A stretch of 64,000 bases of DNA from Azolla caroliniana (taxonomy: Eukaryota; Plantae; Polypodiophyta). Location of the stretch: contig JBHGNT010000001.1 in the NCBI GenBank assembly GCA_043228905.1, positions 27,590,001 to 27,654,000 of the forward strand, given 5' to 3'. A program made the translations under genes and the position numbers. A model generated the notes under the pieces. The model was given only the letters and a program-made list of their open reading frames with translations. It had not been told where the DNA came from and made no database searches. Numbering within the stretch: position 1 is the first letter of the stretch; every line of letters starts with the position of its first letter. Positions 25,801-37,699 of this stretch are shown piece by piece.

Positions 25801-28268
25801 AGGTGTATAGTCTAGCCTAAAGCCCCAACACGTCCTTATGTTGGCGGTGGATTCAATAGGGTAAGTTAATTACGAGAAAACAAAATATGCAATCTCAAGT
25901 TTGAACACATGAAGTTTTTCGTTGTCTATTCCTTGTGGAATGTCCCAAGTTACTCTCTTTCTCTCTCTAGAAATATATTACTTTACCAAAGTAGTCATCA
26001 CCAAATATATCATATCATAACAATAGCAAATGTAGCTATAGCAAATGTCCGAACCAATAATGGCTCATGGAGAACCCAATGCAATAGGACCATGGTGCAA
26101 ACATTAGATGCAATCATTTGGAGGGCGCTAAAGCCAATCATGGTTTGCATGGAACACGATGGCATTCGACCATTGTCCAAACATTCAATTCATCAAAAGA
26201 CCAAATATTATACTAGTGGAAGAGATTATGTGTGCATGAGAGTATTGTAATATAGATACGTCAATCTCTCTCACCACATCAATTAAACATCTCTTATCAC
26301 AATTATTTCTCATCTTGCTCCCACCCATCTACAATTAATTAGCTAATTGACCTAATTAATCTCTTATCCTCTCTCTAATTCACATTATATTAGCATATCA
26401 TTAACATACTCAAGAAACAAAACACGATTTTGGGAAAACAAAAACACGATTTATTTTTCTCGTGTCGCCTATAAACAAAACTAGAGTTTTGCTATCCTCC
26501 ATGTGGTATAAGGTAGTGTTTGAACAACTTAACTTAGGTATTGGGATCTATCATACAAATGGAAACAATCAAAACAAAGGGAGTCATTGGATATAAGCTA
26601 GAAGAAAATCTCGACTATTCATCGTTCTACCAACCTAAATTTCTATGGGCACCTTGTCCCTAATTACAAAAACAAGACTTTGCATTTACCTCAAGCTAAT
26701 AATCTTAGAGCATCTTAGAGGATTTACCTTGCCATATAATATCCTCACTATTGTTAGTAGGAACAAAAGGGCAAAGTATTTGGGCGATCATGTTGTTTTA
26801 ATACCCACACTACCTTTTATGAGAGGAGGAAGTAAATGACGTAAATCCTCGCATTGTTTCGATACATATATTCTATGTCTACGATGGAAAAAGAAAAAAG
26901 AGCACGACAACAAGGAAGAGGGTGTGGTCCCTAGTGATTTTTCGATGATCAGGGGTAATTTCTTATGAAATGCATTAAACTCAACCTACTCCAATCACTA
27001 GTACTTATTAAACAATTAACTTAAAAAAATTGTTGGGCTTACTTCTTAGAGCCTCGAGCTTGACATCGGCGATCCAAAGTGCGTGGGGGATGGACTTGTG
27101 AGGGATGAGGGCAAGCGAAGTGTTTTTCCCGTGTCTCGAAGTGGCGAGGGATAGCGCCTCGGCGACGGGCTTGGGTGTGTCGGCCACGGCGATGACGAGC
27201 GCGGGGCTATGGATTCGGATAAGGCCCTTCATGGACGCGTAGATCTCTTGGAGCAATGACACGTCCGAGTGCTGGGTCTTGGCGATCGACCCAACCTCGA
27301 GGTCGAACACCTTGAAGCGCCTCTCGTGGCACGCGGACGGGGGCCACCCGAGCCTCACCATCGCGTCCTCGCAAGGGCAGAAGGTGCCCCCGGACACGAC
27401 GAGGAACGCCCTTCTCCCGGGTGCCGACCGGTACTTGGAGATGAGGGGCTCGAGGGCGGAGATCTCCTGGAGGGAGTGCGCGTAGAAGAGGACGTCGCAC
27501 TCCTGCGGGTGCATCGCCGCCCATTGCGTCACGTAGCCCCGGCTGAATGCCCTCCACCATTGGTCATCCCTCACATCCACCACATTCTTGAATATGACCG
27601 TCGTCTCCGCGATCTGGGCCAGCCTGTGCTCACTGTCCCCCCATGAGTCCTTGTCGATCGGGTTTATCGGCATCACATACGAGGCCGCATCTCTGTACTT
27701 CTGGAGCTGGTAGCTGCAATGGGAGTGAGATCACAAAGCAGAACACACTGCATTGAGTAAATTTTGTGGCAATGAAATTTACAAGCCCAATATTGGATAT
27801 TAGACTTAAATTCTAATCCAATAATGTTCATCCTAATTCATTCATAGCAACAACCAATGTTTGTTCATCCCAATTCATTCATGCCAACCAATCTTTGGTA
27901 ATCCTAATTCATTCATTGCAACAACCAATGACTTTGTTAATCCTAATTCATTCATTGCAACAACCAATGACTTTGTTAATCCTAATTCATTCATAGCAAC
28001 CAATAATGTGAATCATCCTAATTCATAGTTCAACCAAGAATGTTAACCATCCTAATTCATAGTTCAACCAATGACTTTGTTAATCCTAATTCAATCATAG
28101 CAACCAATGACTTTGTTACTCCTAGCTAATCCCATAGCTGCAACCAATGACTTTGTTAATCCTAGCTAATCCATAGCTGCAACCAATGACTTTGTTACTC
28201 CTAGCTAAATCCATAGCACCCAATATTTGATCAGGAAAAATGCAGCTAGACTTAATATGAATTGCAGC

Positions 28269-28302
<34 letters not shown>

Positions 28303-29515
28303 ACCTTAGGTGTAGATCCTCTCCTGTGGAGAAGGTGAAGGGGGTCTCAATGAAGAGGGCCTTGACGAGCTCGCTGGAGAGGAACCAGGAGCTCGACAAG
28401 AAGTCGACCTGGACAATGCGGTTGATCTGGATGTCGTACGCGGGGTCGGGCAGATAGAGGCCCGCCTCTTTGGCCCCGAACTTTCGGTAGCTCGGGAAGG
28501 TGTAGTCCTTCTGCCGGAACGGCAGCACGCGCCCGATGCTCCCGAACACGGCATTGCTGTACTTCTTCGTGCCGGCCGTGTGGGTCAGTATCTTCAGCAT
28601 CTTCCTCCCGGGGATCATGTCGTCGTCGAGCACGTACACGTAGTCGACCCCCTCGGCTTGGAGCGCCACCTGGAACCTCCCGTAGTACTTGAAGTCGTAG
28701 GAGGAGCTGACGAAGCTGATCCTCGAGTCGTTGTGCTGCTCCGCGATCTGCCGGAGCTTGGCCTCGTTGGGGCTGCCGAACGCGAGGATCCAGATGCGGT
28801 GGACGGGCAAGGTTTGGGCTAGCAAGGAGTTCAATTGGGCACACAGGGTCTTCCTCTTGAAATGGTTGAGTATGACAAGGACCTTTGGTGGGGGTCCTGT
28901 GTCCCATTTGGAAGGGAGGGCCATGAGCTCCTTCAGTGTCTCACACCCCCTGCTTTGGTGCTGGAATGTCACCAGCTCCCTAAAGAATTCCTTCTTCAGG
29001 GTCAGCATCCTTGTGTCATTCGACTTCTTCTGAACAAAATCTATGGTCTCGTATTCGCAATACTCGCTTGTTCCGTTCGCCCCCGCCCCCGCCCCGGCCC
29101 CGGCCCCGAGCTCTGTGAGCTGGACCCGAGGCATACCGCTGGCGCCGGCTAATGAGGAGTTGCCTTCGCTTCCGTCCCCGGCCCGCGCGATGAAGCTGTT
29201 CCACTGCCTCAAGACTTGCGACGCCCACGATATGTTTCGGTGAGTGAGGAGATCCAAGGTTGGGCTCATGAAGAAGAGCAGGAAGGTTGCATACACAGCA
29301 AACCCAAATTGGAGGCATGTCAAGCTCACCACAATCTTCTTGTTTGGAGGAGGCCTACTACTCTTGGAGGCCTTCTTAGTATAATTAGTGGTGGAATTGG
29401 CAGTAGGGTTAGTTTGAGCATTCTTCACCATCATCATGCCATGGTAGGCATTACTATGGTAGTTTACATCCTTATGATTGGCACCTAGTTTCTTGAGCAT
29501 TTGCTCTGCACCCAT
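22882..29515 (-). CDS. Type-II membrane glycosyltransferase with two GT-A-like domains (GT2-like, similar to the Arabidopsis At5g60700 family), 967 aa
   Basis: Exons 29515-28305, 27713-27043, 23903-22882 (2904 nt, GT-AG). N-terminal TM segment IVVSLTCLQFGFAVYATFLLFF. Domain 1: VILNHFKR, FKYYGRFQ, YVLDDDMIPG, GEDLHLSYQ. Domain 2: ITQNRAYSL, LLLEDDIEVSP, HQLPCSWGA, WQASWKKF, FSTNHMEPG. Confidence 0.93.
27830..28222. repeat. Minisatellite (unit about 35-39 bp) in glycosyltransferase intron 1
   Basis: About 10-11 copies of variants of ATCCTAATTCATTCATTGCAACAACCAATGACTTTGTTA. A (TAGT)n run abuts the 5' splice site at about 28269-28301. Confidence 0.9.
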
Positions 29516-29566
29516 TGTAACTGTTGTTACTAAATGACACTAGATGATTAACCTTATATTACTCAC

Positions 29567-29631
29567 ATGTGCATGCATGCATGCCTACATCCATATCATC
29601 CCATCCCATCCCATCCCATCCATACATGCAT

Positions 29632-29691
<60 letters not shown>
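29567..29691. repeat. (CATG)n, (CATCC)n and long (CA)n just upstream of the glycosyltransferase ATG
   Basis: Direct reading. (CA) runs about 29632-29691. CATGCATG (RY-type) motifs lie at about 29572-29584 and 29625-29633. Confidence 0.85.
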
Positions 29692-29693
<2 letters not shown>

Positions 29694-32600
29694 ATGTATA
29701 AGATATAGAGATATTTGCTAATGTTATTGTGTTTATGGAGATAGACTAGTAGGAAGGAGAGTGGGTGTAAGCAAACAAACAAAAGGAAGGCAGGCACTAT
29801 CCTTATTGCATTTCTTTTTGTTTTTTTCTTTCTTTGCCTTACAATGGTAGTATATACTCGGCGTTTTAGAATCAACGCGTGTTATCGCTTTACCACGACC
29901 TTTCTTTTCGCATAGGTCATCCTTCTTACTTCGTAGTCCTATTTCCTTTCATGGCGCACCCCTGCCTGGAATTAGGCACTACGGAATCAAAGTTGATAGA
30001 ATCACAACCCACACAAAAAATGGTCTTCTCATGTGGATACTTGTTACAATCAGATGTCTATCTTTCCATAGTTTTGAAGTTCAAACCGAGAATCGATCTT
30101 GTAAGCACACACACTACTTCGAGCTCGAAGAAGAGCCACTTATTTGTCACCAAACCACAAATAGGCCTACAAGATTCTCGTAAAGTGTCTTTGCTTGCAT
30201 GGGCGTTGTCACTGATTTGTCTTTAGACACCCACCTTGTCCTAATATCTTCTTACACATGGACTAGCACAAAAGGCCATCCCATGTCCTTTTATCATTGT
30301 GTGGAATATTCATGACCCATGAGGTTCTTTATGTGATATAACATTCATGTTTGACACATCCACCTTAGCCTCAAGTATAATCATGGCCTTGCGATGCCAC
30401 TCAACCAATACGGCCATTTTAGATGTTTACAAAAAATTGAGGTTGAGCTTATAATGAAATATAATAAATAGCTAGTTGAAAGAAATAATTAGATAACTTT
30501 TGTGACCCAACTATCATTGTTGTTGGGCATGAAGTTGTAAAAAGGACAACTATTCAGATTCCCTACAATTGAAAAGCCTCCAATCCACCTTGTATTCTAG
30601 TATCAAGCTTCTAGTTAGTTCAACATGCTCCGGCTCAAGAAACGCATGAGAAAATCACATGTTATGGATAATAAGGCATAGATGTCTATTTAAGATGGTA
30701 TGAAAACCAACGATTGATTAATTTAATCTTCTATCCCATCTAGTAGCGTCAATTTGTTTCAATGCATGAGTATTTGTGATTGGACAATCGAGGATGTTGT
30801 AAAGGATTTGATCCAAAATTGGCTTTAGTACAATGTAATACAACACATGAACAATTGAAAGTTGTTAAATGTATAAATTTGACAAAAATCGTGAGCCTTC
30901 ATTTGGTTTTGAAATACATAATTCCAAACTACCATGGTAGGGCCGTGAAGGAAAAATACTTGATAGGAATTTTGAGATCTGCATTACAAGTTAAAGACCG
31001 CATTCTTTATTGCATTGTGAGTGAGGTGTTTAACTGAATAGCACTAGTCTATAACATAGGATTGCTTTGAGTTTAGTAGACCCCAAAAGCTCACAAATCA
31101 ATTACACATTTAGTATCGTCTGGCGGAAGTACTGAAAGTTTTACTGGCACACTTAGTAACCATCTTTAGTATCGGTTAAGTAGGATTCAATTCTGTTTTC
31201 ATCACTGAATGGCATAATTTTTTAAACTACTTTCCAATTCTAACAACTTCTCAATTGTGTGAAATTTTGACTATTGCTGCATCTACTTGGATACACATAA
31301 TGTAACCATATATATAATCTTCTTTAGTCAGACCAAATTTTAATGAATTCATGTTCTTTAAACGAACCATGAGACAATATCTATATGACCTTCAAATTTC
31401 CTTTCAATTTGAAGCTCCATTTGGTAAACATGACATTTTTCTCTAGGTTTCCCACATCAATTTGACATTTTCCACTAGTGATTTATTTTAATACCCTTTC
31501 TATTTTAAGGTTACAATGTTGCCTTATGACCAAGTATTCTTGGGAAATTATCTTTATATCTATAGAGAGGATGTGAAATATGAGGAGCTAAAGTTGACAG
31601 AAATATATGGCATTTCATGACTAATTTATGTGATATTGGCTCCTCTTGAGACTTTCGATAACTATGACATTAACATTGAAAAGACTACAATTATATATAT
31701 TGTGGTATACCATTTCAAAAAATATATTTCCTCATTCACTCAAATTATAAGAACAACTGTGTTGTGGGATTTTTAGATGCACCCTTCAATCAAAATTTCT
31801 AGCATGTGGTGGCTTGTTTCTACATTCCCTTGCAATATCTAAATGCAAGAGTGTGAATGATTCATAAAGTGAAAGAATAGTAGAGTCCCCTAATGGACAC
31901 CAGTTTAATGATTTTCTGGTTTTTTTGATTTACACAAGCTGAATGACTAAGGAGTACACTAACTTCCAAGTTCCAATGCTCTCAACAACTTCAATTCAAA
32001 CTTGGCATAGGTTAACCATTAGACAACATAATACTATCTTCTCACAAGGTTCATGTTGCCTACCATTTTGAGGCCAACAAAGGCTCGTTAACATCTACAA
32101 TAACTTTAAAGAGCTCCAAAACGACAAACTAACATGGATTGTATCAAACATCATAATATGCTAACTTATTTTCCGAGCAGGGGATAAAAATAAAACTCAA
32201 ATTGTACGATAAGTGAAATTGAAAGAAATATGTTCCACCATATATATAATTGCAATGAGTAGGGCAACATGATTTTTATCATGCTATTGTACAAAATGAA
32301 TGCATGACCCGTGTTATATGCATGCATCTAGGCCTTCTCGTTATGTCATACTTGGGTTGTATAAATAGTCATGTGTTTTATGTGGTTTCTAGTTTAAAAC
32401 CCAATCTAATATAGTTGCTGAAAAATAACAATTATGTCACCTAGACAAACACATTCTCTAAAATGTTAATCTTGGAATCATAGTGCCTTGTTGCATAGTT
32501 TACAATACTAACTTGTCTTGTTCTTTGTTTGTTATGTGAATGAGATTTAAATGAATTGTGAGAGAATGGCCCAGTTGAGTCTTGTGAATCTAATTCAAAG

Positions 32601-34864
32601 AATCATGATGCAATGCAAAATAAATGAGGAGATGCACACTATTCCATTCAAACATGTCACTCATGTTCATATGAAATGGGGGGTTGGTGTTGCAATGTTC
32701 TTATTGACATAAGTACAACAATCCTCAAGATTGGGAATTATAGAGTGAGCATTTAAACAAAAAATAATATGTTGGATTTTCCATTTATGTGGAGTGAAAT
32801 GTTTTCTTATTTCAATTGAGCAAACGATCAAGAATTGGGAAGATACATAAAAATGAAGATATAGTGGACAAATGCACGAGTATTTCATGAAAGAAAAGCA
32901 TGACCTTATTGCTAATAATTTACAGACAGTTTATTATGTACTATGTAAAGATAGCAAAGTTCTTTATGCTTTATTATAAAACCTTTACACTAGACTTCTA
33001 CATAAGATGGTAGACCCCATTAACTTTACCAACATTAACCTTGCTTGGCTCCTTACTATTTTTTCTCTTCTATTCTTTCACTATTATTCTTGTCCACATG
33101 ATATATCCTTACAAATTTGATATTTTCTTCTCTCTCACTTTTTACTTTACTAGCATTTAGTAGAGGGCCATGATCCACCATGCTAATTCTCACCTCTTTG
33201 TCGAGTTCGACATATGGAGAAACCTCAAGGTTGAACGAGGATCTCGAGGTTACAAATTATTGTCCTCATGATGTGACTATGTTATCATATCAAAAAGATC
33301 AACTGCTACTCTGAACTCAAGTTAAAAAATCCTTCCTAATCACATGCATGTAATATATATATACCATATATAGAAGCTAAGGAGTGTTTTATATCATACA
33401 TGGTTAAGATCTTAACTTATGGGTGGAAATTGTTATCCAAACATGATACATCAATATTAATGTTGGTTGTATTGTTTGGCTATTTATTACATAAGAGGTA
33501 AGGCTAGCCCCCCTCTAATACTATCTAGTATAACTTTCCCAGTTGGATATAGGTGAACCTGATCATAGAAAAATGTATAATAAGGCTACAAATGCTTGAA
33601 ATTGTCACCATGGAGAAATGTGGTTGTCTAAGAAGGGATACAAATTTGTGTTTTAGGTAGTTTGAATCTCTCAATGATTCGTAGACATGCTATATTTAGG
33701 AGGAAAGTGAGTGGATATTTATGAACAAAATAGTGGATGCAAGAAGAAAAACAAGGAGGTTGTTTTCATGATTATGGGCGGTTGCACAAGTGTTTATGGT
33801 TTGAGAGTTGATTGTGATTTGTCAAGTATTGAGTTCAAGTTTTGTTTTCATTTTAATGTAGTCACTTTCACATGTTAAGAAGGTTTTTTTTTATATTGAT
33901 TGTTGCACCAAGACTTTGCTAGTGAAAAGGAGTCATTCTTTTATTTGTTGTGTTTTTAATTCTATATGAAAAGGAGGGTGTTGACATATTTAAGTTGGGC
34001 CTCTTAGAATGAAACTTCCTTTACTTTTTGAAAACATGTTTGGCATTTGTTTCACACTCTATTTCAATGAAGGTGAGTCCTATCCACCTTAAGCAAGGAT
34101 CTCTTAAGAGAAACTTACTACACCATTTTTGTAAGGGTGAACCTTATCATTTGTGCAACAATTGCAAGAGCACCTCACTAAGTTTTGCACCAATACACAA
34201 ACAACTATGAGGTATAAACCTTATTGCCATAAGGACAAAGCTCTACATGGTAATTGTTACAATTATGATGGTTACTAGTTAGGGCTTCAATATAATTGAA
34301 CTATTTAAGGCTTTTGTGTTTCCACTAATAGTAGGCACCACTGACATTCATGGAGGGGCTTACAGTTTCACCTATAACTAGGAATAGGAATCTAGAGTAA
34401 TAAAGATTTGGGTTAATGAGGGGCTATCAATACATGAATAATGTTAACAAGAACCCGTAATTGCGATCTTATTGATAAGAAAGATCCAAAATTGGACACT
34501 TTCTATGTAGGAAATTATAGCATGTGGATACAGATTGAGTTCAAACATTAGGACATATGAGCTCTTTAGTAGTTCATATCCGTCATAGATGGTAAATTAC
34601 ACAACATGGTAATTATGTCAAATAATGAAAACTAGAACGACTTCTTTAACATAGGGTAAGTATGATAACGTTGTGGCAGGTGGCAATTTTCAAGCATTGA
34701 TACTTACGGTAACCTTTAGGTTGGTGGATCTTTTCTAGAATAATTTCTTGTCCCTATTGAGTGTTGATTGTTCTTTACCACTAGTAATGCCACCACTATT
34801 TCAAGCATGAGTTGCAAATTATTAGCATTATGTGTCAAACCATTTGACACCAATATATATTATT

Positions 34865-35055
34865 CACTATTCAAGGTCACGAGAGTCTATCACTAGTTAT
34901 CTTTGATAACCACCAATATAATACATTATCCTGTATTCAAGGTCACTAGAGACGAGCACTAAATTATCTTTGTTAACCACCAATGTCATTCTTAATCCTC
35001 TATTCAAGGTGGCTAGAGTTGAGCACTACATTATCTTCGATAACCACCAATGTGC
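34865..35055. repeat. Three-copy tandem repeat (about 66 bp)
   Basis: TATTCAAGGT...CACTA..TTATCTT.G.TAACCACCAAT appears three times. Confidence 0.8.
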
Positions 35056-36544
35056 ATTCCTTTAATTATGGTGATTTCTACCATGCCAAGTGAGTTGAGC
35101 CATGACCCAAGAAATTCAACTAGTGGATTTTGCTAGTGAAGTAAACCACATTGGTCTATTTGTTTAGTGCAGATGTATTTTCAAGATAGCTTGAGAGTAG
35201 AATTTGATGGGTTTGTGCTACTCTAGGGAATATTTCATCGTCATGAGTTATTCAAGAGTAGTAAAGTGAAAACCATCTTTTATTACTACCAATTTCAATG
35301 CCAATTTAAACAAAATTTCATCTGCACAGAGTGGATATTGATCGATAAATGTCTCTTTAAGATGGAACCGTGATTGTTATTACCATTGGAATGGTTTTTA
35401 TGAGAGACTATAATATTCCATCTTTGCCCATTTCCCTGGTTGTTGGCTCGGATATTTACCCATGAGCATCAAGGTCATAAAATTGAAAGAACCCAAGTTT
35501 GGATCTCTCCTAAAGCTCAACCATGTCGGATACATTACAATCTCTTGTGAATGTTCAGAATGATCTATTCATTTATTAGGAATAATCATGCCACTCCATA
35601 GGATTCAATATGTGGTCATAAGGATCTTAAGCAATTTTGTTTAACTTGACATTGAAATTGGTAGGGCTTGTTCTATTATCCAAATCTACCATTCAAAAAG
35701 GTATGTTGCTTTACAATGGTCATAAGGATCTTGTGCATGTAATAAATGATAAGATGACAAATCTCTAAAACATACGGAAACACTTAGTTTGAGGTGATTT
35801 AACGGAGCAAATAAAAAACATCCTTACTATGTCTAGCTGCGTTCAGAAGCTTGTTAGTTGTGTCTTGATGCTTGTTGAAAAATAACAGGTTTTGAAGGCA
35901 ATTGTTTGTTGTTATGTGGACAACGATTGCCCCACTTTTTTTTATTATCTTAGGCGTCACACAATGATAACCCAATATATATATGAAAACGACATGTAAA
36001 TAGTAGAGTATCTATAGACACTTGGAGTGTACATAGCTTCATTGGTATTCACCTAACTAATGGGAAACTGTTTTTTTTCAGAAAAAGAAAAATAACATCC
36101 TTACTAATTTTCGATCCTAGTGTAAGAGTGCCCATTATAAACTTCCTATTACATGTGATTTCCTTCTAGTCTTTGAGACTATCTTGGAATTAGCATGTGA
36201 TGGATATAAATGGTTGAAAAACTATGAGGGATCTAGAAATTTTCATTGGTTTGATTACAACATTGATTTCGTACTTGCAACACTTCATTTAAAGGAAAAA
36301 ATTATTCTTAGGATCATTGCCACAAGGATTCCATGGAGGTACTACTTTTTGCGTCTTGGATAGGCAATATCAAACTATTATCCTCCAACTTCAATATTTG
36401 AGTTAATATCAAAGCTCTAGGACCTTATTTGTGAATTAAGTCTCAATTATCATAGTTAAACTACATTGTGACGAACCAAATAATATTCCTTGCACATCTA
36501 GGGTGAAGGTACAATTTGTTAAGAATTAGTAAACAAGCATGGTC

Positions 36545-36960
36545 ACGGTTTAGTTTCAATTTCAATTTCTTGGTCTTGATACACGAAGCATTTGTACATA
36601 ATGAAAACCAAACCAAACCAAACCCATTTAAGAATTATTAAGTTATGTAAACCCAACCATTAAAGACCCAAGCCATTAAACCAAACCATTTAAAGCTAAA
36701 TTAATTAAATCATTGAACAAAAAATTACTATTAAACATAATATGAACCATTGTTGGAAAAATAAATAAAAGATCACTAATTAAAACACTAAACTATTAAA
36801 CCATTAGATTAATTAAACTATTAAATCATTAGGGAGAAAAAAGGTAAGTAAAAAATGAGAAACCATTCAACTGAGCCGCTTAAACCAACAACCCGAGTTT
36901 AAGAACCAAACTGAACTAAAACCAAATAGTTCGTGTATTTAAACTGATAAACAGTTAAAG
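36545..36960. repeat. AT-rich AAACC-motif interspersed repeat, copy 2 (opposite orientation to 5490-5920)
   Basis: Dense AAACCA/AAACTA motifs with local similarity to the reverse complement of copy 1. Confidence 0.45.
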
Positions 36961-37301
36961 TGTGAGTGAACTATTTACTTAGTATGCGTTGTATTTAAAC
37001 CTTAATCACAAGTCCTTGATTTGGTAGTATAACAACTTACTACTAGGATGTGGATATGGATATGGATACCTTGCAATGTGTCTAGGAAATAAATTGTAAT
37101 TGTTGGACGGTTTGCTCTATGTTGGAGTACATAGATTTGTTTCCTCAACTGTTGTCTACACAAGATGGGTTTGGATGAAAATACTTTGTATGATGTTACC
37201 GTTATGACCTTTCTTTATAACTAATGGAAGGATAATTTGTTAAAAAAAAGAAAAACTTACTACTAGGATAAGCTAATTAAGAGAGAGAGAGAGAGAGAGA
37301 G

Positions 37302-37420
37302 CCCAGATGGATGTAGCTCAGTTGGTAAGGTTGCCCAATGGAAACCAGGTGGTCATGGGTTCAACCCCTACATTCCACAGTGGCATCTAGTGAATTAAGA
37401 GATATGTATGGAGTATATAA
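37302..37420 (+). mobile_element. tRNA-derived SINE-like element or tRNA pseudogene
   Basis: Pol III A-box TAGCTCAGTTGG (37314-37325) and B-box GGTTCAACCCC (37358-37368) at tRNA spacing, followed by TACATTCCA. The anticodon and D arms do not pair properly. It directly follows a (GA)n run. The 3' end is uncertain. Confidence 0.6.
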
Positions 37421-37549
37421 TAGAGAGGTGAGTAAAATTGGGTTTCTAAGCCAAGACATAGTGACTTGTAGTGTAACAACTTACCACTAGGATAAGCTAA
37501 TTACGATAAGAGAGAGAGAGAGGATTCAACACAAAGGCATCTCCAATTC

Positions 37550-37656
37550 AAAAACTCATCAATGCCAAATGGGCTATGATGAGTGATGTACATGCCCCAA
37601 GGAAAAACTCATCAATGCCAAATGGGCTATGATGAGTGATGTACATGCCCCAAGGA
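37550..37656. repeat. Perfect 53-bp tandem duplication
   Basis: AAAAACTCATCAATGCCAAATGGGCTATGATGAGTGATGTACATGCCCCAAGG occurs twice. Confidence 0.95.
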
Positions 37657-37699
37657 GATTGTCTTCACATACAAGGTGTGTGGTCAGTTTCTTACCTCA

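Noticed and set aside
27830-28222. CRISPR-like periodic repeat
   Set aside because: Units are contiguous without unique spacers, lie in a spliceosomal intron, and no cas genes are present.
27207-29318. Long alternate-frame and antisense ORFs (e.g. 28347-28907, 27269-27646)
   Set aside because: Shadow ORFs expected from the GC3-rich glycosyltransferase exons.
29950-30600. Possible hAT transposase remnant (minus-strand QISDNA, CAYKID)
   Set aside because: The motifs are too short and degenerate to support without a profile search.
37307-37378. Functional tRNA gene
   Set aside because: The anticodon and D stems are mispaired and the acceptor stem is imperfect, so it is better treated as a SINE head or pseudogene.
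37577-37640. C/D-box snoRNA (ATGATGA C-box)
   Set aside because: No suitably placed CTGA D-box or terminal stem.
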